From an uncultured Candidatus Rokubacteria bacterium (GTDB lineage Bacteria; Methylomirabilota; Methylomirabilia; Rokubacteriales; DASRDR01), in contig CAWDVE010000013.1 in assembly GCA_963805625.1 (NCBI GenBank), forward strand, positions 32,001 to 96,000: DNA of 64,000 nt. The letters are read 5' to 3'. Below, in pieces: positions 46,508 through 55,287 of this stretch. A program made the position numbers and the translations under genes. Position 1 is the first letter of the stretch, and each line of letters opens with the position of its first letter. Under the pieces are notes generated by a model, which searched no databases, was not told where the DNA came from, and saw nothing but the letters and a program-made list of their open reading frames with translations.

Positions 46508-47041
46508 ATGGCGGGTCTCGCGGCGCGGCTCGACCCCATCGTCCTACCGGACGCAGACGGCCGGCCGGTGAGGCTAGGCTCTCTCTGGGCTGACGCGCCC
46601 GCGGCCCTCGTCTTCCTCCGCCACTACGGCTGAGTGTTCTGCCGGGAGCACGTCGCGCAGTTGCGCGACCACGAGGCCGAGTTCCGAGCGCGTGGCGCGC
46701 GCGTGGCCGCGGTCGGCCTCGGGGATCTCGCCTACGCCCGGGCGTTCCGCGACGAGTCCGGAATCGCTTTCCCGCTCCTGATCGACGCGGAGCGGGAAGC
46801 CTACCGCGCGGCGGACCTCAGGTCCGCCACGCTTCGCCACCTGCTCCGCCGGGACAACTTCGCCGCCCGTCGCCGTGCCCGGGCGGCCGGCCACCGGCAA
46901 GGGCGGACCGGCCAGAACGTGTTCCAGCTCGGCGGGAGCTTCGTCTTCGGCCCGGGCAACGTCGACCGCTACGCGCACGTGAGCGAGACCTTCGGCGACA
47001 CCGCCCCGGTCTCCCTGCTGCTGGCCGCGCTCGACCGCTGA
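46508..47041 (+). CDS. selenocysteine-containing peroxiredoxin-like (AhpC/TSA_2, PRXL2/SelU-like) protein
   Basis: LVFLRHYG-TGA(46631)-VFCREH in one frame gives UxxC; downstream FPLLID, QLGGSFV; SECIS-like hairpin; alternative start GTG 46499. Confidence 0.85.
46652..46669 (+). promoter_or_regulatory. bacterial SECIS-like hairpin
   Basis: GTCGCGC-AGTT-GCGCGAC starting 18 nt after the in-frame TGA, G in apical loop. Confidence 0.7.
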
Positions 47042-47114
47042 CCGCCAGCCGCCCGGCTCCCAGGCCGGAGCAGCGGACATGCCATCGGATCCGGAACAGG
47101 GCTCGCGCCGGCGG

Positions 47115-47561
47115 TCAGCCGGACTGGTCGAGAAATCGCGCGCGGTGCCGCGGCTCTGGGAGCGGGCAGCTGTCGTAGCGACCGAACAGGCGGTAGCGGG
47201 TGCGGGCCACGAGGTCATACCCCAGATCGCGCACCCATCTCGGCACGACGCGCAGCGCCCCAGCAGCCCGCCACGGCCCCCCCAGCTCGCGCAGGATCCA
47301 CAGCGCAGCGTCGGACTTCTGGAGCAGGCGCTCCTCTGGCCGGCCGTGGGCGATGACGAGATAGAGGGTGTCGAGGTCCCGGGGATCCCGACCGTGTCGG
47401 GCCAGGATCTCACTCGCGAAGGCGCTCTGGAGTGCCGCGAAACGAAACCGTCCAGGGCGATCCCGCGCCAGCACGAACCGGTTGAGACGGTTACAGAGGC
47501 CGCAGACGCCGTCGTAGAGGATGATCGGCCCGTCCGCCGTGGCGCCGGGCGGCTCACTCAC
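47115..47561 (-). CDS. DCC1-like thiol-disulfide oxidoreductase (DUF393)
   Basis: YDGVCGLC, FAALQS, RDLGYDLVARTRYRLFG..DSC. Confidence 0.9.
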   Translation of the reverse strand: MSEPPGATADGPIILYDGVCGLCNRLNRFVLARDRPGRFRFAALQSAFASEILARHGRDPRDLDTLYLVIAHGRPEERLLQKSDAALWILRELGGPWRAAGALRVVPRWVRDLGYDLVARTRYRLFGRYDSCPLPEPRHRARFLDQSG

Positions 47562-47590
47562 GCCGTTCCTCTCTGACCGGGCTCACCCAT
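47558..47590 (-). other. putative leaderless micro-ORF MGEPGQRGTA overlapping DCC1 start (GTGA)
   Basis: TAGACT (47599-47604)+8 nt+ATG; TGA overlaps GTG 47561. Confidence 0.35.
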
Positions 47591-47688
47591 CGGGCCCCAG
47601 TCTATCCCACGCGCCTTCGGGATCGTCGTGTTGCCCGCGCGATGGCCGGCAGGACGCGCTGGTCGTTCGAGGGCAGACCCCCAGCCCG

Positions 47689-48573
47689 CTACCAGCGCAT
47701 GGCGCGCTTCGTGTGACGGCGACCAATCTCGGCGGCCTCGCGGGCCTGACCACCGGCCCCGATGCGGACTCCCTCGGCAATGCGCTCGATCACGTTCGCC
47801 GGAGTCACCTGGTCCAGGAACGCGATGCCGGCCACCTGGCAGGCCGCCAGCACGCGGGCCCGGGCCGCGAGCATGTCGGGCGGGTACGGCGGGTCGTGCT
47901 GGGTCGCGTGTCCCATGGAGAGCCCCATGTCCCCGGGCCCCCACTCGGCGAACGAGATGCCGGGCACCGTCAGGCTCGCCTCGGCGTTGGCGAGGGCGCG
48001 GACGTTCTCGATCTTGAGTCCGAGCATGAGCTCGCCGGCGGGATTCAGCGGCCAGGGGTCCGCCCGGGCCATGTACTCCGCCACCGTGAGGCCCCACATC
48101 GTCGACGCGTAGCCCTGTCCTCCGCTCCCCCGGCGCCCGACCCCGAGCCCGTCGCCGACTCCCAGGGTCTGGTGGGGATATCGGGCCGCTTCGACGAAGG
48201 CCTGCACCGCCTCCGGTGTCTCGGCGTGGCAGAGGAGGAGGCCGTGGACACCGGCCGCCAGCGCCTGACGGATCATCCACGCGTTGGCGCGCACGACCGC
48301 CTCGCTGCGACCGTCGACCGGAAGACTGACGATGACCGCCGGCGTGCGATGGCCGCTTCGCGTGACACCCGCCTCGAGTAGGCCGCGCACGAACTCCCGG
48401 AGCTCGGCGGCATCGAACGGCGCGTGCTCGGCGTCGTAGCTGAGGTAGTCCGCCCATGTGCTGGCGGCGGCCCGTCCCGCCTCATAGCCCCCCCGGCCGG
48501 GCGCATCCAGATGCTCGTAGTAGATCGGCTGGTCGAGAGCGAGCAGCTCGAGCGCTCGGTTGACTCGCGCCAT
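47689..48573 (-). CDS. HpcH/HpaI aldolase family protein
   Basis: DAEHAP, ARYP, LKIEN, WGPGDMGLSMG. Confidence 0.8.
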   Translation of the reverse strand: MARVNRALELLALDQPIYYEHLDAPGRGGYEAGRAAASTWADYLSYDAEHAPFDAAELREFVRGLLEAGVTRSGHRTPAVIVSLPVDGRSEAVVRANAWMIRQALAAGVHGLLLCHAETPEAVQAFVEAARYPHQTLGVGDGLGVGRRGSGGQGYASTMWGLTVAEYMARADPWPLNPAGELMLGLKIENVRALANAEASLTVPGISFAEWGPGDMGLSMGHATQHDPPYPPDMLAARARVLAACQVAGIAFLDQVTPANVIERIAEGVRIGAGGQAREAAEIGRRHTKRAMRW

Positions 48574-48576
48574 GGC

Positions 48577-49599
48577 TCAGCCTTCCCGGAGACCCCGGGC
48601 GCGCGCATGCGCCTTAACCTCCGGATTGACGAGCGACGTCGGCCACCGGCCGTCGAGGAAGCGGAGGACCTGGTCGACGGACTGGCGACGGTTGTCGGCC
48701 ATGGAGCCATCGCCGTGGCCGGCGGTGTGGGACGTGAGCAGAACGTTGGGCAGCGTCAGGAGCGGGTTGTCGGGATGCGGGGGCTCCTGCTCCAGAACGT
48801 CGAGGGCGGCGCCCGCAATCCGCCCCTCCCGGAGGGCCTGGGTCATCGCGGGCTCGTCGACGGTTCCACCCCTAGAGGTGTTGACGAAGTATGCCGTCGG
48901 CTTCATGGCCTGGAACTGGGCCGCTCCGAACATGCGCCGGGTCCCCGCGTTGAGCAGCACGTGCATGGAGATGAAGTCCGATCGGCGGCACAGCTCGTCG
49001 AGGGAGACGAGCTCGACACCCCAGGGCCCGACGGCCTCGGCCGTGAGATACGGATCGTGGGCGAGGTAGTGCATCCGGAAGCCCGCCAGCTTCTCGGCGG
49101 TCAGACGCGCGATCTTCCCGAAGCCGACGAAGCCGAGCGTCTGCCCTCGCATGCGCTGCACGGATCCCATCGCCTCCACCGCGGGTGGACGGCTCCATCC
49201 GTGACGACGGGCGACGTGGACCTGCTGCGGGAGCTTGCGGGCGCAGGCCATGAGCAGCATCACGGCATGGTCGGAGACCTCCTCGATGCAGAAGAGGGGG
49301 CTGTTCGCGACCAGGACACCGCGCCGTGTCGCGGCACCGACGTCCACCCGGTCGTAGCCGACCGTGCACTGCATGAGGAGCTCGAGGCTCGGCAGGCCCT
49401 CGAAGACACGCTCCGTGAACGGGAACTGCCCGAGCCCCATCACGACCTCGGCCTCGGCGCACGAGGCGATGAGATCGTCCTCGGTGCCGCCGCGACCTTC
49501 CACGACCGCTGCGCCGGCGGCGGCGAGCCGCTCACGCTCGGCCGCCGAGCCGTCCAGCAACGAGCCGATGTTCGCGATCAGCCGACGTCCGTCTCTCAT
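48577..49599 (-). CDS. D-2-hydroxyacid dehydrogenase (CtBP-like)
   Basis: VGYDRVD, EEVSDH, GFVGFGKIA, VNTSRG, ALDVLEQEP. Confidence 0.88.
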   Translation of the reverse strand: MRDGRRLIANIGSLLDGSAAERERLAAAGAAVVEGRGGTEDDLIASCAEAEVVMGLGQFPFTERVFEGLPSLELLMQCTVGYDRVDVGAATRRGVLVANSPLFCIEEVSDHAVMLLMACARKLPQQVHVARRHGWSRPPAVEAMGSVQRMRGQTLGFVGFGKIARLTAEKLAGFRMHYLAHDPYLTAEAVGPWGVELVSLDELCRRSDFISMHVLLNAGTRRMFGAAQFQAMKPTAYFVNTSRGGTVDEPAMTQALREGRIAGAALDVLEQEPPHPDNPLLTLPNVLLTSHTAGHGDGSMADNRRQSVDQVLRFLDGRWPTSLVNPEVKAHARARGLREG

Positions 49600-49826
49600 C
49601 AGCGTGCGTCCTCCAGATTGGTGGGGTGCCGGGCCGCGCGTCACGCGCGTCGGCGACCGCGACCATAGACGAACTCGGGTCAGCCTCGCAAGAGGGCACG
49701 GGCCTTCCCCGACGCCTCGAGGCGCTTGTCGCGAAGCTGACGCGTGTGCCACCATCGAATCGACGGGCGCTGCTGGGCGGACGGATCTCCGCCGACTCCC
49801 AGCACCGTCGCAGGGGGAAGCGTCAC

Positions 49827-52148
49827 ATGGCGAGCAAGCGGCACCTCCACACATCCCACTGGGGCGCCTTCGAGGCGGAAGTCGAGGGCGGCGCCGTCGT
49901 CGCCGTCCACCCCTACCGGAACGACCCGGATCCGTCTCCCCTGCTGGGCAACATCCCGGGGAGCCTCCGGCATCGGGCCCGGATCGCCCAGCCCATGATC
50001 CGGGCCGGCTGGCTCGACCGCGGCCCGGGACCCGACAGGCGGCGGGGGGCCGAGCCGTTCGTGCCGGTGAGCTGGCCGACGGCCGTCGACCTCCTGGCCC
50101 GCGAGCTCCGCCGCGTCTACGGCGCCCACGGGGGCGAGGCCGTCTACGGGGGCTCTTACGGCTGGGCCAGCGCGGGCCGGTTCCACCACGCGCAGAGCCA
50201 GCTCCATCGCTTCCTCAACTGCCTCGGGGGCTACGTCCGGGGCGAGCACACGTACAGCGCCGGGGCGCTCACCGTGATCATGCCTCACGTGGTCGGCGAC
50301 ATGCGCGGGTACCTGGACCGGGCGACCGCCTGGTCGGTGATCGAGCGCCACACCGAACTCTTCGTCTGCTTCGGCGGCATCCCGCTCAAGAACACGATGG
50401 TAAGTCCAGGGGGGGCGAGCCGCCACCCGACACGGGACCACTTGCGCGCCGCGAAGGCCGGTGGGGTGGAGTTCGTGCTGGTGAGCCCGGTTCGCGACGA
50501 CCTGCCGGAGTTCGTCGGGGCCGAGTGGCTCCCGGTCGTGCCGGGCAGCGACGTCGCCGTGATGCTCGGCCTCGCGCACGTCCTGGTCGACGAGGCGCGG
50601 TGCGATCGCGACTTCCTCGCGCGGTACTGCGCGGGCTTCGACCGCTTCGAGGGCTACCTCCGCGGGACGGAGGACGGCACTCCCAAGACCCCCCAGTGGG
50701 CCGAGCGGCTCTCCGGAATCCCGGCCGGGACGATCCGCGCGCTGGCGCGGCGCATGGCGGCGAAGCGGACGCTGATCAACGCGAACTATTCCCTCCAGCG
50801 CGTCGAGCACGGTGAGCAGGCCCCGTGGATGGTGGTGACGCTCGCGGCCATGCTCGGCCAGATCGGCCTGCCCGGCGGGGGATTCGGCCAGGGCTACGGC
50901 TCGCTGGGGTACGTCGGCCGGGCGCCGCTCCGCAGCCACCCCCCCGCCTTGCCGCAACTGGCCAATCCGGTCCGCGCCGTCATCCCGTTCGCCCGGGTGG
51001 CGGACATGCTGCTCCACCCGGGTGAGCCCTTCGACTTCGACGGCCAACGCCCGGTCTATCCCCACATCCGCCTCGTCTACTGGTGCGGAGGGAATCCCTT
51101 CCACCATCACCAGGACCTCGCCCGGCTCCGGCGCGCACTGGCCACGTTGGACACGATCGTGGTCCACGACCCGTTCTGGACGCCGATGGCTCGTCACGCG
51201 GATGTCGTCCTGCCGGCAACCGTGACCCTCGAGCGAAACGACATCGGCGGCTCGCCGAACGACCCCTGCCTGATCGCGATGCGTCGGGTGATCGAGCCGT
51301 ACGCGGAGGCGCGAAACGAGTACGCGATCTTCACTGACCTCGCCGAAGCGCTCGGGGTCGGGGCGCGCTTCACGGAGGGGCGGGACGAGATGACGTGGCT
51401 CCGGCACCTCTACGAGGGCTGGCGCGAGAAGGTCGCACACCGGGGCGGGCCGGCGCTGCCCGGGTTCGACGAGTTCTGGGCCACTGGTTCGCTGGAGGTG
51501 GCCGACGCCGACACCGACCTGGTCCTGCTGAGAGACTACCGAGCGGACCCGGAGCGCGCGCGACTCGCCACCCCGAGCGGCCGCATCGAGATCTTCTCGG
51601 CGACGATCGACGGCTTCGGGTACAAGGACTGCCCCGGACACCCGTCCTGGCTCGAGCCCACGGAATGGCTCGGGGCGCCCCTCGCCGACCGCTACCCGCT
51701 CCACCTCGTGGCGAACAATCCCACGACGCGGCTCCACAGCCAGCTCGACGTCGGCGCGTACAGCCAGGCCTCGAAGGTGCAGGGCCGCGAGCCGATCCGC
51801 ATGCACCCGGTCGACGCGGCGCACCGCGGCATCCAGAGCGGCGACGTGGTGCGGGTGTTCAACGACCGGGGAAGCTGCCTCGCTGGCGCCGTGGTCACCG
51901 ACGCCGTGCGCCCCCGCGTGGTCCAGCTCTCGACGGGGGCTTGGTACGACCCGCTCGATCCCGCGGATCCCGATGCGATGTGCGTCCACGGGAATCCGAA
52001 CGTGCTCACGTTCGACCGCGGCACCTCGAAGCTGGCACAGGGCTGCTCCGGCCAACACGCGCTCGTCCAGGTCGAGCGGTGGACCGGCCCCCTGCCCCCG
52101 ATCCGCGCCTACGACCCGCCCCCGATGGAGCAGCGGCCGGGGCTGTAG
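49827..52148 (+). CDS. bisC: molybdopterin oxidoreductase, BisC/TorA/DMSO reductase family (no Tat signal)
   Basis: TSHWG, GSYGWASAG.FH, TYS (Ser ligand), GGNPFHHHQD, RLHSQ, GNPNVLT. Confidence 0.85.
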   Translation: MASKRHLHTSHWGAFEAEVEGGAVVAVHPYRNDPDPSPLLGNIPGSLRHRARIAQPMIRAGWLDRGPGPDRRRGAEPFVPVSWPTAVDLLARELRRVYGAHGGEAVYGGSYGWASAGRFHHAQSQLHRFLNCLGGYVRGEHTYSAGALTVIMPHVVGDMRGYLDRATAWSVIERHTELFVCFGGIPLKNTMVSPGGASRHPTRDHLRAAKAGGVEFVLVSPVRDDLPEFVGAEWLPVVPGSDVAVMLGLAHVLVDEARCDRDFLARYCAGFDRFEGYLRGTEDGTPKTPQWAERLSGIPAGTIRALARRMAAKRTLINANYSLQRVEHGEQAPWMVVTLAAMLGQIGLPGGGFGQGYGSLGYVGRAPLRSHPPALPQLANPVRAVIPFARVADMLLHPGEPFDFDGQRPVYPHIRLVYWCGGNPFHHHQDLARLRRALATLDTIVVHDPFWTPMARHADVVLPATVTLERNDIGGSPNDPCLIAMRRVIEPYAEARNEYAIFTDLAEALGVGARFTEGRDEMTWLRHLYEGWREKVAHRGGPALPGFDEFWATGSLEVADADTDLVLLRDYRADPERARLATPSGRIEIFSATIDGFGYKDCPGHPSWLEPTEWLGAPLADRYPLHLVANNPTTRLHSQLDVGAYSQASKVQGREPIRMHPVDAAHRGIQSGDVVRVFNDRGSCLAGAVVTDAVRPRVVQLSTGAWYDPLDPADPDAMCVHGNPNVLTFDRGTSKLAQGCSGQHALVQVERWTGPLPPIRAYDPPPMEQRPGL

Positions 52149-52168
52149 CCGGGAGCTGCGACCAGAGA

Positions 52169-52190
52169 AGCCTGTCCGCCTGGACAGGCT
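52169..52190. terminator. hairpin between convergent genes
   Basis: AGCCTGTCC-gcct-GGACAGGCT. Confidence 0.45.
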
Positions 52191-53415
52191 AGCCGAGCGT
52201 GTCCTTGTAGACCACGCCGTCCTTCACGATCAGCTTCAGGTTCCGTTCAGGCTCCCGCATGATCCCCAGATCCTCGAGCGGGTTGCCCTCCACCACGAGA
52301 AGGTCCGCCCGCGCCCCGGGGGCAACCACTCCCAGCTCTCCCTCGCGCTGGAAAAGCCGGGCCGCCGTCGACGTCGCCGACCGGATCACGTCGACCGGCT
52401 GTAGCACCTCCCCGCGGATCGCGAACTCGTCCAGCTGGAACCGGTGCATCGGGCCGAGAAGATCGGTCCCATAGACGAGCGCGACACCCGCCCGGTGGGC
52501 CATCTCCACAACGCGCGTGCCGGTCTCGAAGATGGCAAACATCTTCTCCCTGAGCTCCGCCGGAAAGCCCGCCTCCACGCCCTCGCGGATGACCGCATGA
52601 ACGACCGACAGCGTGGGAATCAGGAACGCCCCGCGCTCGGCCATGAGCCGGAGCGTCGCCTCATCCAACAGGTTTCCGTGCTCGATCCCCCGCACGCCGC
52701 ATTCGATCGCTCGCGCGACGGCCCGCGACGTGTATGCATGCGCGGTGACGTAGATGCCGGCGGCCTCCGCCTCCTCGACGGCGGCCCGGATCTCGTCGCG
52801 TGAGAACTGCGTGTTGGTGATGCGGTCCGTCGGTGACGCGACGCCACCCGAGACCATGAGCTTCAGGTGGGTCGCCCCCTTCCGGATCTCGTCGCGGCAC
52901 GCCTCGAGCACGGCCGGCACGCCGTCGGCCACCCGGCCGAGGCCGTGCATGCACGTTCCCTCCTCCGTGTCCTCTCCCGGCCCGCGCATGTCCCCGTGCC
53001 CGCCGGTCTGCGAGATCGCGTGGCCGGCGAAGAGCAGGCGCGGCCCGACCAGGTGGCCTTCCTCAATCGCGCGCGCGAGGCCCCAGTCGGCGCCGCCAAC
53101 GTCCCGCACAGTGGTGAATCCCCGCAGGAGCATCTCCCGCAGAACGTGACCCGCGCGGGAGGCGACGTATGTCGATGACCATCGGCGGAGAAGTGCGAAA
53201 TCGGGTATCACCGCAGTCGCGTGGACGTGGCCGTCGCAGAGACCGGGCATCACCACGCGGCCCCGCACGTCGATCACGCGGCCCTTCGGGGATCGGGGCG
53301 GGCGCTCGGCGACGTCGGCGATGCGACCACCCTCCACGACGACGTGCCGGTCCGGCAGGAGCCGGCCGGCGACGGGATCGAGCACGAGCGCGTGGCTGAG
53401 CACGAGGTCGGACAT
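52189..53415 (-). CDS. amidohydrolase family protein (prolidase-like)
   Basis: PGLCDGHVH, QTGGHGD, KLMVSGG, AHAY, IEHG, GTD. Confidence 0.9.
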   Translation of the reverse strand: MSDLVLSHALVLDPVAGRLLPDRHVVVEGGRIADVAERPPRSPKGRVIDVRGRVVMPGLCDGHVHATAVIPDFALLRRWSSTYVASRAGHVLREMLLRGFTTVRDVGGADWGLARAIEEGHLVGPRLLFAGHAISQTGGHGDMRGPGEDTEEGTCMHGLGRVADGVPAVLEACRDEIRKGATHLKLMVSGGVASPTDRITNTQFSRDEIRAAVEEAEAAGIYVTAHAYTSRAVARAIECGVRGIEHGNLLDEATLRLMAERGAFLIPTLSVVHAVIREGVEAGFPAELREKMFAIFETGTRVVEMAHRAGVALVYGTDLLGPMHRFQLDEFAIRGEVLQPVDVIRSATSTAARLFQREGELGVVAPGARADLLVVEGNPLEDLGIMREPERNLKLIVKDGVVYKDTLG

Positions 53416-53439
53416 GCGGATCCTTTCAGGGTGGACCGA

Positions 53440-54312
53440 TCAGCCGATCGTCACCGTCTTCATGTGAGGGTCGAGGAGGTCCCGGAGGGCATCGCCGACT
53501 AAATTGACACCGAGTACCGTGGCGAAGATCGCCAACCCTGGAAACATTGCCAGCCAGGCCGACGTGAACACGTAGAGCTGCCCCTCGCTGAGCATGCCCC
53601 CCCACGAGGGCGTGGGGGGCGGCACCCCGAGCCCGAGGTACGAGAGAAACGACTCGACGATGATCATCCGCGCCACCTCGACGCTCGCTAGCACGATCAG
53701 GAGGTTTGACAGATTCGGCAGGATGTGGCTCAGGAGGATTCGGAGGCTCGAGCTGCCCAGGCCGACCTCGGCCTGGACGAAGTCGCGCTCCCGGAGGCTC
53801 AACACCTCGTTCCGGATGACGCGCGCGTAGATCGGCCAGCTGGTCACGCCCAGGACGAGGACCATGTTGACGAACCCTGCGCCCATGAGCGCGATCACCA
53901 CGATGGCCAGCAGCATGAACGGAAACGTGAGCGTCACGTTCGCGAGGAAGGTCAGCACGCGGTCCGCGGCACCACCATAGAAACCCATCACGAGCCCGGC
54001 GGCTACGCCGATCCCGCCCGAGCAAAGCACCGCCAGCAGGCCGACCGCCAGGGACACGCGGGCGCCATAGATGATCCGGCTCAAGTAGTCCCGTCCCACG
54101 TGGTCCGTCCCGAGGGGATGCTCCGCGCTGCCAGCACGCGCCCACATCGGCGGCCGGAGCCGCGCCGCCACGTCCTGGCTGAACGGGTCGTGCGGCGAGA
54201 GCTGCGGAGAGAAGAGAGCGCACAGCGCCATCAGACTCACCAGCAGCGCCCCTGCCCACCCCGTCCAGTAGGCACGAAGACGGCCGCGACGCCGGGGCCG
54301 CGCCTCATCCAT
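53440..54312 (-). CDS. peptide/nickel ABC permease (DppC-like)
   Basis: HPLGTD..GRD..SRIIYGARVSL, HILPN, SYLGLG...SWG. Confidence 0.92.
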   Translation of the reverse strand: MDEARPRRRGRLRAYWTGWAGALLVSLMALCALFSPQLSPHDPFSQDVAARLRPPMWARAGSAEHPLGTDHVGRDYLSRIIYGARVSLAVGLLAVLCSGGIGVAAGLVMGFYGGAADRVLTFLANVTLTFPFMLLAIVVIALMGAGFVNMVLVLGVTSWPIYARVIRNEVLSLRERDFVQAEVGLGSSSLRILLSHILPNLSNLLIVLASVEVARMIIVESFLSYLGLGVPPPTPSWGGMLSEGQLYVFTSAWLAMFPGLAIFATVLGVNLVGDALRDLLDPHMKTVTIG

Positions 54313-55222
54313 ACCGGATGCGGGGATCGAGATAGCCGACGACTACGTCGGTCACGAGGTTGACGAGAGCGATGGCAGCGCCGACGACGACGACCGCTGC
54401 CTGCACGACCGGGTAGTCGAGCGTTCGCACCGCCTTCACCGTCAAGAAACCGATGCCGGGCCACGCGAAAACGATCTCAATAACGACTGTCCCAGCCAGG
54501 AGTCGGCCGAACTGGAGTCCCACCATCGTCACCAGGGGGATGCTGACGTTCTTGAAGGCGTGTTTCCACAGGATCAGCGTCTCGGCTACCCCTTTGGCGC
54601 GCGCGGTCCGGACATAATCCTGCGCCAGCACGGTGAGCATGCCCGACCGCACGAGTCGCATCATGATTGGCGCGAGGTACAACCCGAGGCACACCGCCGG
54701 CAGGATGAGGCTGCGGAAGCCCGAGCGCCCCGAGACCGGCACCAGCCGGGACCAGACGGCGAACACGAGAATCAGGAGGATGCCGAGCCAGAACGTCGGT
54801 ATGGCCTGGCCCACGACCGAGACGATCGACGCCACGTGATCGACCCAGCTCCGGGGACGATAGGCTGCCAGGATGCCGAGCGGCACCGCGAGCGCCACAC
54901 CGACAAGGAGGCCGGCCAGCGCGAGCTCGATCGTGGCCGGCGCCCGCTCCAGCAGGATCGAGAGGGCCTTGTCCCGGATGATGAACGAATCGCCAAACTC
55001 CCCGCGAAGGGCGTTGCCGAGGAACCGCCCGTACTGCACGAGGAACGGGTCGTCGAGACCGAGGCTCCGCCGGAGATCCGCTACCGCCTCCTTGGAGGCC
55101 TCCGGCGGCAGGAGCACCTTGGCGGGATCCCCCGCGAGGTGCAAGAACACGAACACGACAAACGAGATCGCGACGCAGGTGAGACCGGTGTCGACGAGCC
55201 GCTCGACGACGTAGGTGCGCAC
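54305..55222 (-). CDS. peptide/nickel ABC permease (DppB-like)
   Basis: LGLDDP..VQY, DYVRTARAKG, EIVFAWPGIG, LDPRIR. Confidence 0.92.
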   Translation of the reverse strand: MRTYVVERLVDTGLTCVAISFVVFVFLHLAGDPAKVLLPPEASKEAVADLRRSLGLDDPFLVQYGRFLGNALRGEFGDSFIIRDKALSILLERAPATIELALAGLLVGVALAVPLGILAAYRPRSWVDHVASIVSVVGQAIPTFWLGILLILVFAVWSRLVPVSGRSGFRSLILPAVCLGLYLAPIMMRLVRSGMLTVLAQDYVRTARAKGVAETLILWKHAFKNVSIPLVTMVGLQFGRLLAGTVVIEIVFAWPGIGFLTVKAVRTLDYPVVQAAVVVVGAAIALVNLVTDVVVGYLDPRIRYG

Positions 55223-55287
55223 GGCGGGATGGGCGCCGGCCGCCGATTATTCGACGGCCGGCGCCGAGACCGATGGACCTCGGGCGG

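Noticed and set aside
46634-47041. 135-aa ORF as a stand-alone gene
   Set aside because: Its GTG directly follows the in-frame TGA in the middle of the catalytic motif; better explained as Sec read-through.
49680-52058. 792-aa minus-strand ORF
   Set aside because: Antisense to the BisC-like gene.
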